A stretch of 64,000 nucleotides of DNA from assembly GCA_036794825.1 (NCBI GenBank), contig DAIRGA010000029.1, positions 3,075-67,074 on the forward strand, given 5' to 3'. Below the pieces are notes generated by a model that had not been told where the DNA came from, made no database searches, and worked only from the letters and a program-made list of their open reading frames with translations. Positions 46,684 to 54,015 of this stretch are shown piece after piece (position 1 is the first letter of the stretch; every line of letters starts with the position of its first letter). Origin of the DNA: Bacteroidales bacterium. GTDB taxonomy: Bacteria > Bacteroidota > Bacteroidia > Bacteroidales > 4484-276. The position numbers were made by a program, and so were the translations under genes.

Positions 46684-48270
46684 TTACCTCAATGCGGGAG
46701 CCTCATAATTCCAGATAAAAATGTCATCCCGCGTTCGTGGCCGGTCATTTTCAAACCACCTGAAATCCCGCAGTTTCAGCTCGTTTGGTTGGATCTCATT
46801 TTCCGGGAAAAGTGTGGCCTCGGGACGATCGAAGTAAAAAATGTCGGTAATTTGTCTTTCATCAATCAGGATTTCCATGTGTGACGAAAAAGCACGGTTG
46901 ATGCCAATCAGGTTGCCATTTTCTTCCCGTACGAAGTAGATGGTTTCGCTGTTCCCAACGACGATGATCCTGTTTAACTCATTTTCATCGAAATAGGCGG
47001 TCATATTCTTGCCTTTTATCTGGTTGAAATTTTCCGGGCTGTGCTTATCCATCGAAATTATGAAGGCTGCATTTTCCATCCACATCGAATCCACAGCGTT
47101 TTTAGAGATGAAAAGCCTGATCTGCTCAGCGGTAATCTGGTTTTCGTCGGTCCAGACCACCGGCCGATGGTACATAATAATTGTAGAATCGGGAAAACTA
47201 TAGGTAAGGGAATCAGCCATCCCCTGCAGGTCTTTCCTGAAAAACTTGCAATGGCTGTAAGCAGCGAAACTATTGGCACGCCCTGTAGTATCGAAGAAAA
47301 GATGCAACGTGTCAGCGTGGAGCCAGAGACTATCGGCATTGTCAATAAAAGTAGCCCAGGGTTTTTGTGTAACGTATGCATAACCATCTTTTCGGCGATA
47401 ATCGGAGTAGTTGCCCTGAACAATCAGGTTTTGGACGGTATCTTTCAAAAAGACATTTCCGAAAACCTCTCCGGCATCATTGTCCCTTTCGAAATGAATT
47501 GTGTCGCCCGAAATATATCTTTCATTGTCAATAATATAGGGGTTAACCATCAGTTTGGTTTTGCCGGTTTTTGTTTCATACCATCCATCTTCGGCATACA
47601 TTAAGTCGTCTTTTCCACGGATAGTGGTAGGGCCTGAAATGAATGCAACTTCGGTGGAGGTGTTATAAACGAGTGTGTCTGATTCGAGGCGGTAGTCGGG
47701 ATTTGTAAGAACTACATTCTTCTTGAAATAGAGGATTTTAGTTCTGGTATGAAAATACCCTTCACGACTTACCAACTCATTGGTGTCGCTGACGATGCGC
47801 CCGTTTGTATTGTAAAATCCAATACCTGTATTTCGGTCGAAAATCAGACGATCGGTATAGAGTGTAGCATCGTTGTCAACCAGTTTCACATCGCCGGTAA
47901 CAGTGGCAATACGTGTATTTCCATCGTAGAACAGCTGATTGCCATAAAGATTCAGCGTATCATTCACCCTTATCCGTATGTTGCGAAAAGCATCGAGGGT
48001 GTTGGCTTTGCTTCGCAAAACGGCGCTATCGCAGTAGAGTAAAACACTGTCGTGCTCAAACAGCACCGAGCCGGTAAAAATGTTGAGCTCCTCACCTGCA
48101 GACTGTCGGCCAATCATTTTTTCAGCTTTGACGAGCTGAATTGTGGTTTTCTTTTGGGCAAATATCTCATTTTGAATTAAACAGGTCAATACTAGGATGC
48201 TGAAAATCTTGAAATAAAATGAGATAAGCTTTGGCGAAGCGACTGATATAAAATTACTCATACTGCTCAT
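46684..48270 (-). CDS. OstA-like (LptA/LptD N-terminal-like beta-jellyroll repeat) envelope protein
   Basis: A signal anchor (FKIFSILVLTCLIQNEIFAQ), then repeated OstA-like strands (GSVLFEHDSVLLYCDSAVL, VTGDVKLVDNDATLYTDRLIFD, VVLTNPDYRLESDTLVY). The start is ambiguous: ATG at 48270, 48261 or 48327. Confidence 0.6.
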   Translation of the reverse strand: MSSMSNFISVASPKLISFYFKIFSILVLTCLIQNEIFAQKKTTIQLVKAEKMIGRQSAGEELNIFTGSVLFEHDSVLLYCDSAVLRSKANTLDAFRNIRIRVNDTLNLYGNQLFYDGNTRIATVTGDVKLVDNDATLYTDRLIFDRNTGIGFYNTNGRIVSDTNELVSREGYFHTRTKILYFKKNVVLTNPDYRLESDTLVYNTSTEVAFISGPTTIRGKDDLMYAEDGWYETKTGKTKLMVNPYIIDNERYISGDTIHFERDNDAGEVFGNVFLKDTVQNLIVQGNYSDYRRKDGYAYVTQKPWATFIDNADSLWLHADTLHLFFDTTGRANSFAAYSHCKFFRKDLQGMADSLTYSFPDSTIIMYHRPVVWTDENQITAEQIRLFISKNAVDSMWMENAAFIISMDKHSPENFNQIKGKNMTAYFDENELNRIIVVGNSETIYFVREENGNLIGINRAFSSHMEILIDERQITDIFYFDRPEATLFPENEIQPNELKLRDFRWFENDRPRTRDDIFIWNYEAPALR

Positions 48271-48296
48271 TAACGCAATGTCGTTTGGTTTTAGCA

Positions 48297-48974
48297 TTAA
48301 TCGCCGAAAGTAGCCCTGAGAATCCATGCATCCGGAGAAATTTGCTGTTTGACGATTGGCAATTGCTGGTTGGCTTCCTCAAGAGTAGGGAAGGAGTCGT
48401 AGATAACAGCGGTGAGGCCGCTCTTTTTATAGGGCTTCAGGATAGCTGTTTTCCCGTGTTTCCCGATCAACCGGATAATATTATCAGCACGCGCGGGATC
48501 TTCAAAAATGCCCACAACAATATGGTAATTTAGTGAGGTGGATGTTGCCGGCTTCTGTATAGTGTTATATTCAGATTGATTTTCAATATTTTGAACTGCA
48601 AGTAATACCGAATCCGTGTCTTTCGCAATGCTTAGCAAGGTATCGATGAGTTTTACCTTGTCCAGTGGATAGCTGTAGAGATTGCTGATATCATTGGCCT
48701 CTAAATAAATAGTACGGGCTTCTGCATAATCACCTGCCAGGTAAAGACTATCGGCAATGGCCAGCCTGGCGAGATAGCGCTCTGTTGAACTCGCGGATGC
48801 GTCGTTGCTGGCAGAAGTTGACGGTTCAGTGTTGGATTGTTGCTGTTTGATTACTGTCGAATTGAAGGGTGTTTCAGCTTTTTCAGACCAATGTTGGATA
48901 ACCAGGAAAATTACAACTACAGAGTTGATTACTGAAATCATAATGATGATCCAATATTTCCGGTTGTCGGTCAT
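48297..48974 (-). CDS. SPOR-domain protein (TM anchor + TPR-like helix + C-terminal SPOR)
   Basis: An N-terminal TM helix, IADSLYLAGDYAEARTIYLEA, and a C-terminal SPOR-like fold (YHIVVGIFEDPARADNIIRLIGKHGKTAILKPYKKSGLTAVIYDSFPTLEEA). Confidence 0.7.
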   Translation of the reverse strand: MTDNRKYWIIIMISVINSVVVIFLVIQHWSEKAETPFNSTVIKQQQSNTEPSTSASNDASASSTERYLARLAIADSLYLAGDYAEARTIYLEANDISNLYSYPLDKVKLIDTLLSIAKDTDSVLLAVQNIENQSEYNTIQKPATSTSLNYHIVVGIFEDPARADNIIRLIGKHGKTAILKPYKKSGLTAVIYDSFPTLEEANQQLPIVKQQISPDAWILRATFGD

Positions 48975-49018
48975 TTTTTGCTAATATTTTTTTCTGGGTT
49001 TTCGTTTGGTTTACTGTT

Positions 49019-49705
49019 TCAACTTCCAATTCGGTAATGTAGTACCCAGGCAGAGGGGTATAGGGTTTCCTGAACTCGCCACAGCTGATTGTAAGCATCA
49101 TGAATGGAGGTATAAGAGCTGTGCGTAACTGCATGCATATCAAAAAGTTTGCGATAAATTACCTGAGGATCGTGACCCATCTGCTTCATTTTTTCTACCA
49201 TCAGATCTACATTTTCCTGTTTCTGGAAAACACCAACCACAATGTGGTAGTCTGCGCCACTAATCTGGCGGTTCAAAGTGATTTCTTCAATAATCGTATT
49301 CACATTTATGAGCTGATCGGTCAGGAAAGGATCATCGGGTTTGATCTGCATCGCATCAACATACACCTGTCTTGATCTTTCGTACTCCTTTGCCAGAAAA
49401 AGGCTGTCGGCCAGCATCAGCTTCGATTTGAAGAGGCTTTCGGTCAGTTGAATACCAAGAAGGCTGTCGGCTTCCGAAATCCGGAGCAATAAATATGGAT
49501 CATCCGGCTTGTATCCCAGTGCATCTTTATAATATGCTTTAGCCGACTGGTACTGCTCGCTCAGAAAAAGATGGTCGGCTTTATTCAAGCTTTTGGTGTA
49601 TCGGGCATGATCGCTGAGAAACAGATAATAAAGCGCTGAAAGAAGGATGATTAGCGCTACTGCCAGAAGTAAAAGAAGCCTTGTTTTTCTTGTTTTTGAA
49701 GTCAT
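49019..49705 (-). CDS. SPOR-domain protein, paralogue of 48297-48974
   Basis: Same architecture: a TM helix, two TPR-like units (YQSAKAYYKDALGYKPDDPYLL; YERSRQVYVDAMQIKPDDPFL) and a SPOR-like C-terminus (YHIVVGVFQKQENVDLMVEKMKQMGHDPQVIY...). Confidence 0.7.
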   Translation of the reverse strand: MTSKTRKTRLLLLLAVALIILLSALYYLFLSDHARYTKSLNKADHLFLSEQYQSAKAYYKDALGYKPDDPYLLLRISEADSLLGIQLTESLFKSKLMLADSLFLAKEYERSRQVYVDAMQIKPDDPFLTDQLINVNTIIEEITLNRQISGADYHIVVGVFQKQENVDLMVEKMKQMGHDPQVIYRKLFDMHAVTHSSYTSIHDAYNQLWRVQETLYPSAWVLHYRIGS

Positions 49706-49901
49706 GACATTCTCGTAATTGGAGAAAATTTTTGCTAAAAATAGTAAAACCTGATCATTTAAAGTTTTGACTTTATCAGAAAAAAGTATTCTATAGAATT
49801 TGGGGAAAAATTTCTTGATATTGAATGTTGGTTAACCTGCTGAATTTCAATGTCAAGATCACCTTTAATGCAAGCTTGACCCACAACCTATTTAAAACCC
49901 G

Positions 49902-50007
49902 GGGCTGCAATTTTTGGGAATCCCTGATTTGCACCGGCTATTCTGATCCTTTCATGACCATGGTAAGCAAGCCAACCAAGCAGCTGAAAAAACGTAATTT
50001 GCAGCCC
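49902..50007 (+). repeat. long-range inverted repeat (9-bp GC-rich stem enclosing 88 nt) in the divergent intergenic region
   Basis: gggctgcaa (49902-49910) is the exact reverse complement of ttgcagccc (49999-50007), and ttttg follows. Small hairpins lie inside (gggaatccc). Confidence 0.6.
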
Positions 50008-50023
50008 TTTTGTGAATAATATC

Positions 50024-50031
50024 TACATTTG
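50024..50031 (+). promoter_or_regulatory. -7 promoter box TACATTTG
   Basis: TAnnTTTG match 27 nt upstream of ATG 50059. It overlaps the ORF-track TTG start at 50029. Confidence 0.45.
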
Positions 50032-50058
50032 AAGCCCAAAATTCAGCTATTCTCCAAG

Positions 50059-52032
50059 ATGACAAAAAGATTTGACGCACCTAAAAATTACGAATCTTCC
50101 CGAAAAAAGATTGGCTACATACCCCGCAAAGATGCAACCCAGAAAGACTACGACCGCATTGGTTTCATGTCGGGGCTTGAGGTTCACCAGCAGTTGCACA
50201 CGTTCAAGAAGCTTTTTTGCAACTGTCCAGCAGGGCTTTACCACGAAAACGATGATCACGATGCAGAACTGATCCGGCACATGCGCCCTACGCTCAGCGA
50301 ACTTGGCGAGTATGACGGCACAGCGCTGATGGAGTTCAAAACAAGGAAGGAGATCATTTACCGCGTTAAGAACGAAACCACGTGCACCTACGAAGTGGAC
50401 GATACACCGCCGTTTCCAATCAACCGTCAGGCTCTGGAAATTGCCATCGAAATTTCGCTGCTGTCAAAACTAAATATAGTCGGCGAGGTGCACATTACGC
50501 GCAAGCAATACCTCGATGGCAGCATCCCAACTGGATTTCAGCGAACAGCCATCATAGGTGTGGAAGGAGAAATACCCCTGAAACACAAGAAGATAAGGCT
50601 GATACAACTGAGCATCGAGGAGGATGCCTGCCGTGAGATTTCAGACATTGGCCACGTAAGAATCTATAAAACTGACCGGTTGGGTATGCCCCTGATCGAA
50701 ACAGTTACTTACCCCGACTGTATAAACCCTGATGAAGTGAAGGAGGCCTGCAATTATATCCGTTTCCTGAACCGCAGTACCGGGCATGTAAGAACCGGCA
50801 TTGGCGCCGGCCGCGAAGATGTTAATGTAAGCTGCCGAGGTGGTTCGCGGGTGGAAATCAAAGGTGTAGCGCATACACGATGGATACCTGAATTAACTCA
50901 CAATGAGTGTTTCAGGCAGTGGGCGCTGCTTGCAATCCGCGAGGAGCTGAAGAAAAGATCCATCGAACCTGAAAACTGGAAAATCCGTTTTGAACAAATA
51001 CGTTTTCATTCCTTTAATTTTACCTATCCGCCACTGGTTGATTCCAAAAGGATGCACTACCGCATCATGGCCATCAACCTTCCAGGCTTCAAGGGGATTT
51101 TATCGCATTTTACACAGCCCGGAAAAATGTTTGCTGATGAGATCAGCGACCGGCTGAAAGTAATAGCATGTCTCGAAAAACCCAACATGGTTCATTCTGA
51201 GGAATTTGAACCTGTTTTGCTAAAGGATGACTTTGAAAAAATCAGAATCCTGCTGGATGCTCAACCCGATGATGCACAGCTCGTTATCTGGGGACCTGAG
51301 GATGATATGAAAACTGCACTCGAAACCATCGAAGAGCGTTGCAAAATGGCTTTCACCGGCGTTCCTAACGAAACCCGAAAATCGTTCGAGGATGGTACAA
51401 CCATATTTGAGCGCGTTTTGCCGGGAGCTGACCGTATGTATCCCGACACCGATTCTGCGCCAATACCGCTGGAGGACGAATACATCGAAAGTATCCGCAA
51501 AAAACTGCCAAGCGAGGTAATGGAACGTTACCACCAGATGAAGAAATGGGGAATTCCGGAGGATACATTTACCTACATTTTCAAAAAAAATCTGTTCCCG
51601 CTCATCAGCCGGATTATAACCGAACTTGGATTTGAACCCGGATTTGTGGGAACATTTTTTGCCCACCGGTTCAAATTCGTGGAAGGACATTTTACCACTC
51701 CCAAAACCTTCAATTACGAAGTGATTTACGCTCTTTTCAGGTTTATCCGGGAAGAAAACCTCAGTCCCGAAATCATGAATCTCATGATTACTGTGGTTTA
51801 CGAGCACCCAATGATGGAGTTTGAATCGGTGCTGACCACCCTGAAATTCAAAAGAAATTCGAAACAGGAGATACTCAATAAAATTCCTTTTCTTATCGAG
51901 AAATTCAATAAAATCAGAATTTCTGAACGAAAAGAAGATACCAAAGACTGGATCATGGGGAGGCTGAGAAATGCAGCAGTGGGGAATATTGCATTAAACG
52001 AACTTGCAAGGGAGGTGGAAAAAGCCATTTGA
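50059..52032 (+). CDS. GatE-like (archaeal-type Glu-tRNA(Gln) amidotransferase subunit E) homologue
   Basis: The ordered GatB/E motifs are GLEVHQQLHTFKKLFCNCP, MRPTLSELGEYD, EVDDTPPFPINRQALEIA, GFQRT, SIEEDACRE, DRLGMPLIETVTYP, GAGREDVNVS and RVEIKGV. A 163-residue insertion then precedes GVPNETRKSFEDGTTIFERVLPGADRMYPDTD. Confidence 0.7.
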   Translation: MTKRFDAPKNYESSRKKIGYIPRKDATQKDYDRIGFMSGLEVHQQLHTFKKLFCNCPAGLYHENDDHDAELIRHMRPTLSELGEYDGTALMEFKTRKEIIYRVKNETTCTYEVDDTPPFPINRQALEIAIEISLLSKLNIVGEVHITRKQYLDGSIPTGFQRTAIIGVEGEIPLKHKKIRLIQLSIEEDACREISDIGHVRIYKTDRLGMPLIETVTYPDCINPDEVKEACNYIRFLNRSTGHVRTGIGAGREDVNVSCRGGSRVEIKGVAHTRWIPELTHNECFRQWALLAIREELKKRSIEPENWKIRFEQIRFHSFNFTYPPLVDSKRMHYRIMAINLPGFKGILSHFTQPGKMFADEISDRLKVIACLEKPNMVHSEEFEPVLLKDDFEKIRILLDAQPDDAQLVIWGPEDDMKTALETIEERCKMAFTGVPNETRKSFEDGTTIFERVLPGADRMYPDTDSAPIPLEDEYIESIRKKLPSEVMERYHQMKKWGIPEDTFTYIFKKNLFPLISRIITELGFEPGFVGTFFAHRFKFVEGHFTTPKTFNYEVIYALFRFIREENLSPEIMNLMITVVYEHPMMEFESVLTTLKFKRNSKQEILNKIPFLIEKFNKIRISERKEDTKDWIMGRLRNAAVGNIALNELAREVEKAI

Positions 52033-52140
52033 GATGGATGCGCATCAGCAGCCAGGAGCCTTACACACAGACTAAAGAGATCAAAATCAGGTTATTATTT
52101 TAAAATTTACAGTACAATGATTTTTCAACATAGATTAAGC

Positions 52141-53994
52141 ATGAATTTCAAAATCTTTACTGCATTATTGCTTTTAATGTTATTGAGCAACGCCAGTCTC
52201 TATTCACAACAAATCACTCTCGACAGGGTTGAGCCTCCTTTCTGGTGGGTGGGGATGAAGAACGAAAATCTTCAGCTTCTGGTTTATGGGAAAAGCATTT
52301 CGCTGACAAAGCCGGAAATCATTACCCCCGGGCTTTCCATCGTTAAAGTAACAAAAGCTGAAAGCCCGAATTATCTTTTTGTTGACCTGGTAGTTTCCTC
52401 CGGAGCCACGCCTGGTATCTACACACTTCTTTTTAAAAAAGATGGCCAAACAGTTCAAACCTTCGATTATGAGCTGAAAGCAAGGCGAGCAGGATCGGTC
52501 AACCGTAAAGGTTTTGACCAGAGCGATGTAATTTACCTGCTGTTCCCCGATCGTTTTGCCAATGGCAATCCCGGCAATGATTCACATCCCGAAATGCTCG
52601 ACAAGGCCGACCGTACCAACCCTGACGGACGGCAAGGTGGTGATATTCAGGGAATGATTAATAAAATTGACTATATCAGTGACCTTGGATTTACTTCCAT
52701 CTGGCATAACCCGTTACTGGAGAACAACCAGGCTAAGTATTCCTATCATGGTTATGCCATCAGCAATTTTTACCGGATAGATCCCCGCTTTGGCACCAAT
52801 GATGATTATCTGCGGTTCATCCAGTTATCGCATGATAAAGGGCTGAAAGTGATTAAAGATATGATTTTTAATCATTGTGGCTCAGGACATTGGTGGATGA
52901 ACGACCTTCCGTGGCAGGACTGGATTAACCAGTTCGAAAGTTATACCAGGTCAAATTTCAGGGCCGGAACCGTTTTTGATCCGTACGTTTCGGAGTATGA
53001 CCAGAATCTTTTCCAGCGCGGTTGGTTTGATACCAATATGCCTGATCTGAACCAGAATAATCCATTTATGATTAACTACCTGACGCAGAACAGCATCTGG
53101 TGGGTGGAATACGCCGACCTGGACGGCATCAGGATGGACACCTATCCTTACCCATTTAAAGAGGGCATGGCTCAGTGGGCAAAAAGACTGATGGATGAAT
53201 ATCCAGATTTCACGGTGGTGGCCGAATCATGGCTCACAGAACCCGGTCAGGTGGCCACCTGGCAGCGTGGCGACAAACTGGGTTTGGGATACGAATCCCA
53301 TGTTACCCACGTGTTCGATTTTCCGATGTACGAGGCATTTCGCTTTGCGTTCAACGAGCAGCAGGGCTGGAACTCAGGTCTGGTAAGATTTTACAACATT
53401 CTCAGTCAGGATTATTTATACCAGAATCCAAGCGAAATCGTAATTTTTTCTGATAACCATGATGGAGACAGGATTTTTAACAAAGTTAATAAAGATATGA
53501 GAAGCCTCAAGCTGGCCATGACTTTCCTGTTGACTACCAGAGGAGTTCCACAGATTTATAATGGCACCGAAATAATGATGGCCGGCGATGAAAAGGTTGG
53601 ACACGGCGATGTACGCAAACCATTCCCGGGTGGCTGGCCGGATGACAACAGGGATGCATTTACCAGAGATGGCAGAACAGAACAGGAAAATGAGATTTTC
53701 GACCACATTCACACCCTCCTGAAATGGAGAAAATCAAAATCAGTGATTCATTATGGCAGGCTGACGCATTTTATTCCACACAACAATACCTATATCTATT
53801 TCAGGTACAATGAAACAGAAAAAGTGATGGTTATCCTGAACAACAGTGATGAAGAGCAGAAAATTGATATCAGGCAATTTGCAGAACTTGCCGGTGGTAA
53901 TTCAGTTGGGGTAAACATACTCGACAATACAACTTATCAACTCAACAACCTTAAAGTGCCTGCCAAGACAGGCTTCATCCTCGAGCTGAAATAG
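52141..53994 (+). CDS. secreted GH13 alpha-amylase family enzyme (cyclomaltodextrinase/neopullulanase-like N-domain)
   Basis: A signal peptide (MNFKIFTALLLLMLLSNASLYSQ) and the GH13 conserved regions GFTSIWHNP, DMIFNHCG, GIRMDTYPY, VAESW, FSDNHD. Confidence 0.9.
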   Translation: MNFKIFTALLLLMLLSNASLYSQQITLDRVEPPFWWVGMKNENLQLLVYGKSISLTKPEIITPGLSIVKVTKAESPNYLFVDLVVSSGATPGIYTLLFKKDGQTVQTFDYELKARRAGSVNRKGFDQSDVIYLLFPDRFANGNPGNDSHPEMLDKADRTNPDGRQGGDIQGMINKIDYISDLGFTSIWHNPLLENNQAKYSYHGYAISNFYRIDPRFGTNDDYLRFIQLSHDKGLKVIKDMIFNHCGSGHWWMNDLPWQDWINQFESYTRSNFRAGTVFDPYVSEYDQNLFQRGWFDTNMPDLNQNNPFMINYLTQNSIWWVEYADLDGIRMDTYPYPFKEGMAQWAKRLMDEYPDFTVVAESWLTEPGQVATWQRGDKLGLGYESHVTHVFDFPMYEAFRFAFNEQQGWNSGLVRFYNILSQDYLYQNPSEIVIFSDNHDGDRIFNKVNKDMRSLKLAMTFLLTTRGVPQIYNGTEIMMAGDEKVGHGDVRKPFPGGWPDDNRDAFTRDGRTEQENEIFDHIHTLLKWRKSKSVIHYGRLTHFIPHNNTYIYFRYNETEKVMVILNNSDEEQKIDIRQFAELAGGNSVGVNILDNTTYQLNNLKVPAKTGFILELK

Positions 53995-54015
53995 TTGCTC
54001 CCAAAACTTCTAAAA

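Noticed and set aside
47041-47604. 187-aa plus-strand ORF inside the OstA-like gene. Similar antisense or alternate-frame ORFs occur at 5393-5899, 8348-8764, 11209-11598, 22016-22429, 34973-35377, 35283-35672, 36823-37251, 51220-51807 and 62163-62741.
   Set aside because: All lie entirely within genes that have strong family signatures on the other strand or frame. None shows a motif, a promoter box or an independent context.
49825-50019. 64-aa ORF in the SPOR/GatE-like intergenic region
   Set aside because: It has no promoter box in front and no recognisable features. It spans the inverted-repeat element, so it is more likely non-coding.
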